DNA of 64,000 nt. Origin: Trichodelitschia bisporula (taxonomy: Eukaryota). Under the pieces are notes generated by a model, which was given only the letters and a program-made list of their open reading frames with translations, was not told the DNA's origin and did not search any database. The stretch lies in the NCBI GenBank assembly GCA_010356995.1, contig ML996688.1:496001-560000 (forward strand), in the 5' to 3' direction. How positions within the stretch are numbered: position 1 is the first letter of the stretch; every line of letters begins with the position of its first letter. Made by a program: the position numbers and the translations under genes. Of the stretch, positions 13,022 to 25,314 are shown in pieces.

Positions 13022-16000
13022 ATGTCGCGATATCCCGATCGGGACTCGCGCGATTCTCGCTTCAATCCACGCGACCGGACTCCGCCACGCTATCCGGACC
13101 GCCGCGTGTCTGGGGCTTTCGCGCAGGGCTCGACGTACCGCAACAACGAGTATCGACCGAACTACCCCGATATTCCTCGTGGCCCGCGAGGTGCAGGCTC
13201 TGACTCTTCATCTGCGCCCACAGGACCACGCAGTCGTGGTTCGTATTCACGCGATGCTCCATTAAGCGATCGGCAAACCGAACGCTGGCGTGACGAGGGC
13301 GATCGATGGGAGCCACGTCCTTCGCCTCGGGGCCGCTCTCCACGCCGGGACCGGGACCGGGATCCAATCGACACTGAGCGTGCGCGTCGCCATTCCAGGG
13401 ACGGGCCTCCCTCCGGTGGTTCAAGCCTCTCTGATGCGCCGCGCGGCTCGGCGTCGCAGTCGTACCGTGGGGGAGGCTACGCACGTGGCCGTGGCCGTGG
13501 CGATCACGAATTCCGCGGACGCCGTGGGTATGCAGATGACCGCGACAACTTCCGACCTAGGAGCCGCTCGCCTCGCGACCGCCGCCGCGACCGCTCCCTC
13601 GAACCGCGCGACTCGGATCCGCGTGACCGGGGCCGTGATGATGGCGATCGCTATTACCGTGACCGTGACGATAGGGATCTGTACAACCGTCGTGATCCGC
13701 CGTCACGTCTTGATACGCGCGCCGAAGCTCGTCCGGGTGCTGGGTCAGCCGCTTCGACGCCACGGGAGGAACGGCCACCGATTCACCCCAGCGCCGATGA
13801 CAGCAAATCCGCCGATGTTAAGCGAGAGCACGAGACGACGCGTCGGGGATCTGTTATGTCGGAAAATATGCCTACCCGCGAAGCGCGCCGCGAGAGCGAC
13901 CGGGGCGAGCGGCCTGAAAGAGGCGAGATCCAGAGTCGGACGGAGCGTGTGCGGCCTTCGTCTCCCCTTCCTGCGACCCCAGTACCTCCCCAGGTACCCC
14001 CTTTTGGTGGTACTTTACGCATCGTTGGACCCACATCTAACGTCTGGCGCAATCCAGAGATGAAAAAGTCGCCGTCAACTACTAATGCCCTACCACAGGC
14101 AAAGGCACCCCCAACTGCCCCGAGGGCGCTCGCGGCAGCTGCTGCTACGGGAGCACCCATTCCAACGGCACCTAAGGCTGATCGTCCGGAGAAGGCGACG
14201 GCTCCTGTACTGCCTTCTACAGCTCTAGAGGAGAAAAAGGAAAAGCCGGAGGTCAAAGAGAACGTTCCACCCACACTCACTAAAGCCGTTCCATCAGCGC
14301 CGGCTGTCAGCAAGGCGACAATCGAGCAGCCAGCCCCGATACCGACGCCCGCCATGAACTCTCACCAACCCGATGTTGTGCCCAAGCCTCCTACTCCTAA
14401 ACCGAGTTTAGCTCCTCCGACGGCACCATCCGCTCCCCGTGCCATGGCGCTCCCTAAGCCAGCATCTTCGCCGGCCATGAGGGATGCCTCGCCTGGCCAC
14501 ACTGTACCTACTGGTCCTCGCGTAGCCACGCTCAGCACTTCTCCACGCATCATGCAAGGTCACATTCCTACAGGGCCGAAAGCCGAGCAGGTCCCTCCTC
14601 GTGGCCCGCGCAATCAGCCTTCTCTCGAACGTGTCCCACCCCAAGGTCCACGCAACGCAGTACCGTCTGTGCCACTGGCTTCGCAGGCGCCCCCTTCTGC
14701 ACCTACTGCTCCCAAGGCCCGCCGAGCGAACACTCAGCCACCGAACTCCCGTGGATTTTCACTGCCGGCCAAACGTGATGTGTCCGGCCGGGACAAGGCG
14801 CGCACACCGGGTCCCGATGGAGAGGCGGAGGTGCCGAGACCGGTATCAGCTGGTGGTCCTGTGCGTAAGGTGCCGCGGTTCGATGAGGGAGGGTTTCAGA
14901 GCTTCGTGAAAGAGGAGGAGGCAAAGCCGCAGGAGGCAGCTAAAGGGGATGTAGTCATGCAAGATGAAGTCCCCGTCAGCGCGTCGGAGCCGGAAACCAA
15001 GGAAGCACCAGTCGCTGTACCGCCTGTCAATATCATAGCCAATGCGGTGTCGATTGATGACGACATGTACGACGACGACGATATGGACGAGGTTTTCGAG
15101 GAAAAAGACATTGCCGAGAATGAGGCAAAGTTCCTCAAGGCGAAGAACCGGCTGGAGGCAACAAAGGTCGATCTTTCCAAGCCGGAGTTCATCATCTCGT
15201 CCGTTCTCGAGGCCGTCGCGCGTCTTGAGGCAGTTCGCGCTATCATCCCGAAACTGGTGTTCAAGGAGCCTACACCACCCAGCACAGATGTGATTGCAGT
15301 TTTGGCACCGCGCGAAGTTGCGGTTCCGGTACCGCGTCAAGTCGCCGACGGTAAGGCTGGCGATGTGGATAACGAACTCCACAGCACATCAAGGATTCCT
15401 CTCGGCCAACCAAAGCCTGCCCAGTCCGACATCGCCATGACGGATATCCCTATGACGGACGACGTTCAATCTCGCGAACTTTCCTTCGACTCTACCCCTG
15501 ATCCAGCGGGCCACCAGGTCCCAACTCCGCTGTCTGACCCCGATCCCTTTGCTAATCCCCGATACAAGGCTCTTGAAGACGTTGTTCATAGCTATGTCAA
15601 GATGGAGCGTGACGAAGAGGAGGAGCTGAGTGCAGAGTTTAGGCGGCGCTACACCACTTGGCGACTTGAGATGGATGAGCTCGATCGGGAGAAGGAAGAG
15701 CGAGAGCGTAAAGAGAGGGAGGAGAAGGAGGGTAAGAGGAGGCCTGAACCATTGGCGAAAACTGCGACACCTGAAGCTCAGGGTCAGGGACAGCAAGTGC
15801 CAACCGAGGGAGTGGGATCAAAGCGCCGACATCAGTATGCAAGCGAGTACGACATGGAACAGGTTATCAGACAGTCCGCCATTGATTACGAGGAGAGCCA
15901 GAAGAAAGAAACGGAGGGCGTTGCTGCAGCTGCCTCTCCGAACCTGCAAGCCAACATTCCCGACATGCTCCCCCGCCGGGAGATCCACCAACTGAAGTTT

Positions 16001-19000
16001 CGGGACATGGCCCACAACTTGCGCCCGCGAGATGCAATCGATGCCTTCCGTCTCGTGCCGCCTCGCGACGACTTCACCGAGGAGGAGGACAAGATCTTGC
16101 GCTCTGAATACGCGTCGCACACAAAGGAATGGGGTAAAATCGCCGAGAAGCTCAAGGCCATCAACCCGAACCGGACGTACAAGGATTGCATCGACCACTA
16201 CTACGCCAGCAAGTGGGAAAAGCCCTACAAGAAGGAGACCAAGACGCGAAAGTCAAGGCAACGCAAAAAGGCTGCGAAGAACACCGACAACTCTGCCGCT
16301 TCGCATGGTGCCGCTCAGCAAGGTGCTTCTGGAACTCCTCAGGTGACTGGTAGTGGGCGTCCGCGTCGTGCGGCTGCACCTGAATTCGGCCAGAAGGAGG
16401 ACGATACCCAGGCAGGGGAGGCCTCGACGGCTACCGGGAAACGGTCGGCGTCGACGGCAAACAAGGACACCGAAGGCGCCACAGAGCGGCCCACCCGAAC
16501 CCGAGCGAAGACCGCTGCAAAAGAAAAGGCGCCTAAGAAGCCCCGTAACCAGCCCCTCGCCGCAAAGCCCGCCCAGTCTCCCCAGAAGGTGGATCGTGAG
16601 CGTAAACAGACACCGCTACCGCCGCAAGAGGCCGAGGAATGGCATACTCCAGCTCCAGGGTTGCCCCACGTCCCATCACGTCCTGGCTCCGCGCGTGATC
16701 CCGAGCAGCGTCCTGGGCCGCAGCACCTGGCGCCTCAGCAGATGAGCAACTTGAACCCTAACATGGGTAGCAGCATGAATCTGGACAGCGCCATGGAGAT
16801 GCAAAAGGCTGTACCGCCGCAGCAAGCCCTGCCTTCCCCTGTGCCTCCGCCGTCGGTGGCTCTACCGCAAGTAGAACGACCGCGGTCGCACAGCAATACC
16901 CAGCGGCAGGGTGCGTCGAGCTACTGGTCGGTCATGGAAGAGCAAGATTTTAGGCGTTTCTTGCCCCACTTTGGCTCAGATTTCTTGTCCATTGCGAACC
17001 ACATGGGATCAAAGACGCAGACGATGGTAAGTGTTTTGCTCTGCCAATTTCATATTCTGTTCTAACTTTATCCAGATCAAAAATCATTTTCAGAAATACG
17101 TCAATGAAGGCAAGTATCCCGAGCTTATCGAAGCTGTCACCCAGGCGGATCGTCGTCGCCAGCTGGGTGAGGATCCGGGCCCGCCGCCTACGCCGTCGCA
17201 AGTAATTAAGCGCCGGAACGAGTCGGCTACATCATCGATTCAGCGTGCTCTTGCCCCCACGCCAGATGCGGATGCTGCCGTTGACCAAGTCATTGGAGCA
17301 CAGCCGCCGCAGATGCACGGCTCGCCTTCGCAGTATCCTGCCTCCGGTCGTTTCTCGGTTCCAGGCCAGACTAGCCGTCACATGCAGCCCGCAGGAGTTT
17401 CTCCTCCGCAGCATCCCGTACACATGCCGCCGGCCCCCGCTCAGAATCCTTTGACGCCGCAGGGTCATATCCCTAGACATCATCAGCCGAATGGTCCCAA
17501 GTTGGGCTATTTCCGTGAGGATCGTCCACACCATGGACCGAGCCAGCCCAAGGAAGATGTGCGCGCGCAGAAACCACCGATGGAACGCATCAAATCGGAG
17601 TATGACTCGCAACGACAGGTTCTTGATCGCCTGCCGGACCGCGAGGTGCAAGCTTCCAAGCCGCAAATGGGTCCGGATGGGGGTCCGCCACCACTTTTTC
17701 AGGGGCCCAAGGAGACCGAGAAGGCCTTCCCTCCCCAGGATCGCCCGATGTTCAGCGGGCACATGGCCCGGCAACCGGCTCGTGAGCATCCGGAAGCCCG
17801 AGCCGAGGCTCCGCCTCCCCAACAGCCGGTGCACATGCAGCAACAACAGCAGCTAATGCATCAGCAAGTCCAGCCACCTATACAGCCCCAGCAGCCTGCC
17901 GCTCAAATGCACCCCCCATCCGCTGCACCGCCTGAGCCACAGCGGCAACAAAAGCCGCCGCCAACAGGACCTCGTCACCAGGTTAGACCAGAGCCTCGTA
18001 TGGAGCGTCTGGAGCAGCGGGTGGAGCCGCGCATGGATCGCATGGAGCCGCGCATGGAGCAGCGGATGGAGCCGCGCATGGAGCCGCGCATGGACCGGAT
18101 GGAGCAGCGGATGGAGCCCCAGGAAGAGCGCCGCGAGCTCCGCCCGGAACCGGTTCACGACGTCCGCCAGGAGATGAGACCGGAGCGCCAGGGCCCACCT
18201 TATGGGATGCCGTTTGGAGCGCCACCGCCGTCTGCGCCCATTGGCCAGCGCGGTCCGACGAGCCAAATGGTGGACATGGCGCGCCATGGCTCGCCGCAAT
18301 CGCATGTTTCCGCCTTCGGTCCGCCGTCGCGTATCCCACGCCATGCGTCGCCTGTCCCCCCCACGCCGGTACAGCAACCCGCGCCTCCTCAGCCGCCGCC
18401 GCCTACCAAGCGCGTCAATATCATGAGCATGCTGAACCCCGCTGAGCCCGAGGAAGACCGCCCGCGCAAGCGTGATCCTGAGCCACAGCCTCCGCACGGT
18501 CATAGCACGCCGGCAAGCATGCATCGCAAGGTTCCCGGCTCTGCCGACCTGACGCCCACTTCACGCGAGTTTAGCGAGATTAAGCGGCCAGACTCTCGTG
18601 CTTCTTACCCGCGTCAGGCCTACCATTCGCACACGCCGACATCATCGCTCTCGACGCCCATCAATGAGCAGCCACCGCAGCCACAAGGCCCGCAGGGTCC
18701 GCGCGAACAACTTGCCCCCCGCGACATTTGGCAGAGCCGTGCGATCGGCCCATCGATGCAGCAGGCGCAAATGGCGTCTCATATCCCGCCGCACATGGGC
18801 TCGCCGCATCATGCGCCACACCCTGGACCCGAGACCCGGCCGCCGATGCACTATCGCGGGCTGTCTGGTCTCGACCACCCAGCCCAGCGTGCCGTGCCCT
18901 CTCCCCCGCCTGCCCCGTACCAGACTCACTCACGTGTTCCCTCATACGGTCAGCAACAACATCCAAGTGGGCCGCAGCACGCTGCGCAGCACTCGGCCTC

Positions 19001-19724
19001 CTACCCCGGACCTCAGCCTCATGCCACGCCTCACGCGCAACCTCAAGCTCCAGCCCGCAGCACGCAGACGCCGCCTGTGCGCCCTATGGATTTGCGTCCC
19101 AATCCCTACGGCAGTATTGACCCGCCATCGAGTAGCGTGTCATTGCCAGGCCGGCACTACGCAGCAACCAGCCATCCGGGTGCCCCACACGCACGTAACG
19201 AGTTCGCGCATACGCAGAACGCGTATCCGCTCGCTGGGCACGCGGAGCGCAAGCGCGAGGGCCAGATGGATCGATTCCGCGAGCGGGAGGAGGAGCGCCG
19301 TGTCGATCGGGGCCGTGGCGTGCAGGAGTTCGATCCGCGCCGTGTGGATATGGAACGTGGCTTGGCGATGCACGAGCGCGAGGACGCGCGGTACCGCGCG
19401 CCTGCCGGGGCGCCGACTGGGCCGCGCGAGCAGGTCCGTCCGCCGCCGGTGTATGCGCCTCCTCCGCCACCACAGCTCCAGCAAGAACACGTACTCGGCT
19501 CACCGCCGGGACAACCGCATGGGTATGAGCAAGCACGTAGACAAGCGGAGACTTGGTATCCGGAGCATGCGAGGATGATTGATGAGCGTAGACAGCAGGC
19601 GCCGAGTGGCCAGGGAACGGCGGGGTATGACGTGCAGCATATGGAGGATTTGAGAATGCGACAGATGCAGCAGCAACAGCAGCAGCAACAGCAGCAGTCG
19701 CAATGGATTAGGAGGGAACGTTAA
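13022..19724 (+). CDS. SNT1: Snt1/NCoR-like protein with two SANT/Myb domains, probable Set3C histone deacetylase complex scaffold (~2217 aa, 2 exons)
   Basis: Exons 13022-17026 and 17076-19724 with a 49-nt intron (GTAAGT...CTAAC...CAG). SANT1 FTEEEDKILRSEY...EWGKIA...RTYKDCIDHYY; SANT2 YWSVMEEQDFRRFLPHFGSDF...SKTQTM|IKNHF. RD/RS-rich N-terminus, PTGP/PTAP repeats, P/Q-rich C-terminus. Confidence 0.85.
18000..18120 (+). repeat. Coding minisatellite (MEPR/MEQR/MDR units) in the SNT1-like gene
   Basis: Repeated 12-nt atggagccgcgc / atggagcagcgg and 9-nt atggatcgc / atggaccgg units. Confidence 0.85.
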
Positions 19725-22700
19725 TGGTGACTGTACTGTAGGATTTGATTGGGGCTGCACTTACGGGAGGCGGTACGGTGGCACGATTTTTGTGTTTTTG
19801 TCACTTTCGCTTTGGGTGCTTTTCCTTTGTCTCACTGTTGAAGATAGGGTGTTGAAGGGCGTCGCGGGCATGGAGTACACTGGTTGGAGAGGAAGTATGG
19901 GTGGTCGGTTTGTTGTGGACTCTGGATGTCGGCGATGTCTGCGGGAAGGGATTCTGCGGTACCAACATAGGTCTCGATCGAGATCTGGGCTTACTTAGGT
20001 GGTGGTGTGGTGTGGTCTTTCTGAAAGGGTTTTGCATGGCGTGTCTTTGACCTCTAGGATCGGGGCTGGGGGTGGGCATGTATGGTCTGGCTTTGCGCAA
20101 GGGTTGTACGATATAATGGGCGGCACATCTGGTGATGTTCTGGGCACTGGAGCGCGATAGCTACGCTCTTTGTCTCTACTTGAACGGTAGATGGCAGGGA
20201 GGTATTGATACCTTTATTACCTTGATGCCGTGCGGTGTTTTTCTTGTCGGCAAGAGAGGTGCTAGGAGGTGGGAGCCTGAATACTCTGCCGGATCTCCGA
20301 GTTCAACAATGTGCTTATGGATCCTTCTCTCCTCCTCTTCCGTTCTTGACACCAACTGATGTAGAGCTAGGGAAGTGGCAGAGGGAGAAGCCGGAAGGAA
20401 CGCTAGAGGATAAGGGCCAACAGTGTACCTAGATATGAGTGGCCCTGCCGAGCACCTCTCTTCAGTTCTTTGTCTTTCATTCGTGCTTACACTCTGCATT
20501 TGTTGCCGTTTCACGCGCCTTGAGCAATTCCCTCATTACTAACGAGCACCCGCTCCCCTCTCCCCTCCCCTTCCCGCATCAACGGAGGGAGCGAAGCACG
20601 ATGGTCAAGATGGGAAAGGGCGAGGGTAATGAGAGTAGAATCGTGGACAAAAGGTGGTTGGAGTGACATCGAGGTGATGGAAGATACGTAATGCACGGGT
20701 ATCTGGCAAAGCTGATCGCCAGGTCACATCAACAATGCCCTCCCAACGCAAGCATCAACACTGTCTTTTCAGCTCCCGAAAAGGGAATCCCTTCCAGCTC
20801 ACCCACTTCTCACCGCTCCACGGATAATCCCGTCAATAACGTAAAAACCAACTCACCCGCCCCCAGCCTGCCAACCAGCTCCCGATCGGCCCGACCGCCT
20901 CCCCACTTCCGGCCCGAGCACCGCAGCTGATTTACGTAACACCCCTCCGACACCCGGAACCCCCGAAGCCCGGTGCCTGAGACGTGTCTCACGCACATGC
21001 TGAGGTGCAGAATCCAGAACGCGGTGCGGTTCCGGCGATGGCTTGCGTCTCAGCCACGGACCGCTGTGTCGGGGCGCGGCGGCGCGGGAATGGCTTGCGG
21101 GCTGGGGTTGGGGCATCGAACTTCAGCTTCAGCTGGACTTCAGCTCGACTTTAGCGGGACTTCAGCAACCGAGCAATTGGGCATTTGATGTTGAATTCTT
21201 CTACAGAGATGGCCCACGGGAGCTACTGTACACCAGATTGCCTAATTGTCACGCGATTTTATTTACGCTCGATCGGCACCGGAACGTGCGCTGTGCGAAG
21301 GCTGTCTACCCGCGACCCGTCCGTGCCCCGGGGCGGGCGGCTGCTCGTGCGGTGCGGGTTGCACACCCTTTGCAGTTGCAACTTCAATTCTTCTTCCGCC
21401 CGCTCTCTCGCAAGCTCAAGACTACAAGTCGCAGCTTACACCCCGCGGCTTAAGGTTTCTGTTGCTAGAGCACCCGCACCGTCAACCGGGAAGCGTCTGA
21501 ACAATCTTGCGGCGCAGCCAGACCGTACAACCATCATTGTGAGAGCAAGCCGGGCTCGCGGCCGTCTGCGCCGCAGGTTTGCGGACGGCGGGGTCCTGAT
21601 CCTCCATCTCCACATGTAACCTTCTTTGTCTGTCGTTGTTGTCGACAGGGCTTAAGGTTACCCGCGCTACCGTACATCACCCCTTCTTTGTCCCCGGACG
21701 CCCGTAGATGAGATAACTTACCCCAGACACTCCCCCCCCGTCCCGTCTCCCCCCGGCCTCGATACCCTGTCTGCCGGCCGCTGCACGTAACGGCGCGCCC
21801 CTCGCGTGTGCTGGGACCAGGGGGGGAGAGGGCGCGCATCCACACTGCTTACGGGAAGGTGCACACTAGGGGCGATGCTGGATGTGTTAGATGCCGCTGC
21901 GGGGGTGATCGATCGCGCTTATTTGGACTGTGCTGCACACGTCGTATGTCTGAGGAGAGGAGGTTGAGGGTGACTTGTGGGAAGTGAACGTGGACTAGAC
22001 CGGCTTGTGTGCTGAGGACATCGAGGGCGGATGCTTCAAGGGCGGGCTGGATACATATGTGTCGCGCCCAATATCCGGAAGCCAGCCCGTGCCGATCACA
22101 TACGACCTCCAATCCCCACGGGCTACGGCGACAGGGTAGGAAGAGGCGGCGAGGCGCGCCCAGAAGAGCTGTCAAGCGCGCGGCGCGCGGGCCGGGTCCC
22201 ATATTTGCATCCACACTCACTTCCCCGCGTCCATCAGTCCATGTGTCAAACACAGGAAGCCTCGCCGCACACAGTACGCAAATGGACGTTGAGTCGCTCG
22301 TTCTTCATGTAAACACAACAACACAGCCTTCAGACTGGTTTCAGCATCCCCATACTTACCGGGTATCGATCCTTCCCGTTCACTCTCTCTCCCGCAGGTG
22401 TGTAACCGCCCCGCATCCCCGATCCCCGCCCGCGCCGCCTCCGATCCGCGTTATGTTGTGTACCTCACTGCAGGTGTGCGCCCGCAATTGACGTCTGTGG
22501 TCGAGCCAATTGGCATTGGTCAAGGGCGGGCAACGAGTCTGGTTGGGCTGCGGTATCCTACGGTATGTCCCACCGCCTCGTCATGCTGCCATTCTCCCTC
22601 CATTAGCGCATACGGATAGGCGACCCACCGCCCGCTTCAGCTGTCCTGTCGACGTTGTTGAGCCACCGCGCAACCGTTCCCTGCGTCCCACAAGCCGTGC

Positions 22701-23324
22701 AAAGCGAGGCGAGACGCGGCGAGACCATGTTTTGCACTCCCAGCTGGGTCCGTGTTTTGCTTTCCCAACAGGAAACGTCAGCTCAAGCCGGACGTCAGAT
22801 GTCTCGCACACCCGCCCACACCACACGTTCGCAAACCACACGCTCTCAATAGAGGAATCCAGGCCCGCCATCCGCCCCACACTCCGCACTGTCCCGCAGA
22901 AGGATCGGACGGTAGCCGCGCCATGTCGGAGGTGTGCGCCCGGCGCGGCGCGCCTAGGGCCGGCGGTCATATATCTGGCTTGCGGGTGGCCACTGCGTCT
23001 CCTCCCGTTCCCCCCGCATTTTGTTCTTCCAGCGGAAAACGGCGTTCAAAAGCAGGGACCGGGCTCATTAAGACTCGCTGGTTAGCCCTCAATCTGTCTT
23101 TCTCTGATCACCCTTCGGATCCTGCCTTCGGATCCTGGATATTGGACGCGGCACGCAATTTTTGCGTTAAACGAGCCCTGCCAATCTTCTGCCGCTCCCG
23201 TTCGCGCGCAGAGGGATAAGCCGCGCGATTGCTGCTGTTGCCGCCGCTGGACTTTAGTCCGTATCCACAAGGACTCGAATATTCTCTGAGCGGTAACCGC
23301 GTTGCCACATCCCCACCTGCGATC

Positions 23325-24009
23325 ATGGAGAAGGAAACGGCTAGCATGTCGACGCCGACGACGACCTCGCCCTCAAACCTCACGCCACTCAGCAGCGCGC
23401 CCACATCTCGTCCGGCCTCGCCTTCGCCCACACCGCGCCGGTCCAAAGCCGCAACCCTCGCGCTTGTCGCCGCGCTATGTCTCAGTGTGTTCCTCGCCGC
23501 GCTTGACACAGTGCTCATCACCACGGCACTGCCGACGATAGCAGCGCAGTTCCATATCACGGACGCCGGATACGCATGGATTGGATCGTCATACCTGCTA
23601 ACCAACGCGGCGAGCGTGCCGTTCTGGGGCAAGATCTCAGATGTCTGGGGCCGGAAACCGGTGTTGCTGATTGCGAATGGTGTATTCTTGGTTGGGAGTT
23701 TGGTTAGCGCCCTGGCGACCGGGTTGGCCATGTTGATTGCCGGGCGCGCGGTGCAGGGTCTTGGGGGTGGGGGCATTGTGATTCTGGTGAACATTTGCAT
23801 TAGTGATATTTTCAGCATCCGGTTGGTTGAGTCTTTTCTCGTTTTACTTAGGGCTGCAAGGCTGACGATCCAGTGACCGCGGCTTGTATCTCGGCATCGT
23901 GGGCGCCGTGTGGGCCATCGCCTCGTCACTGGGCCCTGTGCTCGGCGGCGCGTTCACCGAGAAGTTGAGCTGGCGATGGTGCTTCTGGATTAACCGTAAA
24001 CCTCACCCC

Positions 24010-24104
<95 letters not shown>

Positions 24105-25225
24105 ATCAAGCTAATTCCGCAGTCCCGGCCGACGGCATGGCAGCGCTCGTCCTACTCTTCTTCCTCGACATCCACACACCCAAGGTGCCCCTCATGGCCG
24201 GGCTCCGCTCCATCGACTGGCTTGGCGCCTTCACCATGGCCGGCGCAACAGTAATGCTCCTGCTCGGCCTGCAATTCGGCGGCGTGACGTACGCCTGGTC
24301 CAGCGCAACAGTCGTCTGCCTACTCGTCTTCAGCGCACTGACATTCGCGCTCTTCTTCGCCGCGCAATTCAAACTCTCTCCCAGCCCCATCATGCCCTTC
24401 TCCATCTTCGCGCACCGCTCCAACCTCGCCGCGCTCGCCGTCTGCGCCACCGACGCCCTGGTCTTCAACTCCGTCGCCTACTTCCTCCCGCTGTACTTCC
24501 AGTCCGTACTCGCGGCGTCGCCTCTACAGAGCGGGACTTGGATGCTCGCGCTCGCGATCCCGCTCTCCATCTTCAGTGCCAGCGCTGGGTGGATCATGCA
24601 GAAGACGGGCCGGTACCTGGAACTTCTCCGCGGGGGCATGGCGCTGATGACGCTCGGCCTCGGGCTGTTCATCATGCTCCCGCCGCACCTGGACTGGAGC
24701 CGCGTGATCCCGTTCCTCGTCCTCGTGGGCATTGGGTTTGGGCCGAATTTCATGGCGCCGCTGATTGCGCTGCAGACGCGCTTGCCGCCTGCTGATGTCG
24801 CGCTGGGTACGGCGACGTTTGGTTTCGTCCGCATGTTGAGTGGGGCGGTGGGGGTTGTGCTGGGGCAGGTTGTGTTCCAGAGCCAGATGGAGAGACAGTT
24901 TGACCGGCTGAGGGAGGCGGGGATTGGGGAGAGCATTGTGGAGGCGCTGGCGCGGGGAGGGGCGATTGCTGAGGCCCCGGCCAGGCTGACGGATGTGCAG
25001 GATGAGTTGGTGAGGAGTGTTAAGACGGGGAGTATGGCGAAGATGTGGATCTTGTTTACTGTTGTTAGTGGGATTGGGCTGCTTGCGAGTTTTGGGATTA
25101 GTAAGGTGAAGCTGAGCTCTGAGCATGTGGAGGTTAAGCCGGGGCTTGGGAGTAGCGGGGTTGTGAGCGATACTGAGAGCGAGTTTAGGGAGAAGGAGGG
25201 GGTGAGGAGAAGGGAGGAGGTATAG
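23325..25225 (+). CDS. MFS drug:H+ antiporter, DHA2 (14-TM) family (~573 aa, 3 exons)
   Basis: Exons 23325-23821, 23874-23995, 24123-25225; introns of 52 and 127 nt. Motifs FLAALDTVLITTALPTI, WIGSSYLL, WGKISDVWGRK, GRAVQGLGGGG, GPVLGG, WRWCFWIN|LP. Confidence 0.93.
24011..24102 (+). repeat. C82 homopolymer followed by A10 inside MFS intron 2
   Basis: Uninterrupted C from 24011 to 24092 and A from 24093 to 24102, between donor GTAAAC (23996) and branch GCTAAT / acceptor CAG (24122). Confidence 0.9.
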
Positions 25226-25263
25226 TTCTTCCTTGCTTTTTGGTTGGAGTTCGGATGGAAAAC

Positions 25264-25314
25264 GGGAAACGGGAAACGGGAAAATGGAAAGGGAAAGGGA
25301 AAGGGAAAGGGAAA
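25264..25314 (+). repeat. GGGAAA(C) repeat just after the MFS stop codon
   Basis: Three GGG runs spaced by AAAC, then four spaced by AAA (25291-25311). Confidence 0.85.

Noticed and set aside
1119..19724. DYS1 (eIF5A hypusination) flanked by two polyproline-rich genes as a functional cluster
   Set aside because: Pro-rich proteins are common in GC-rich fungal genomes; adjacency alone is not evidence.
13062..19760. Many long antisense and alternate-frame ORFs over SNT1 and other genes
   Set aside because: Expected shadow ORFs of GC-rich coding sequence.
22352..22500. ATACTTACC resembling the U1 snRNA 5' end
   Set aside because: It continues GGG rather than TG, and no U1-70K/U1A loops or Sm site follow. 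It is more simply a minus-strand donor-like sequence.
23884..24114. Polyproline ORF in the track
   Set aside because: It is a translation of the intronic C tract of the MFS gene.
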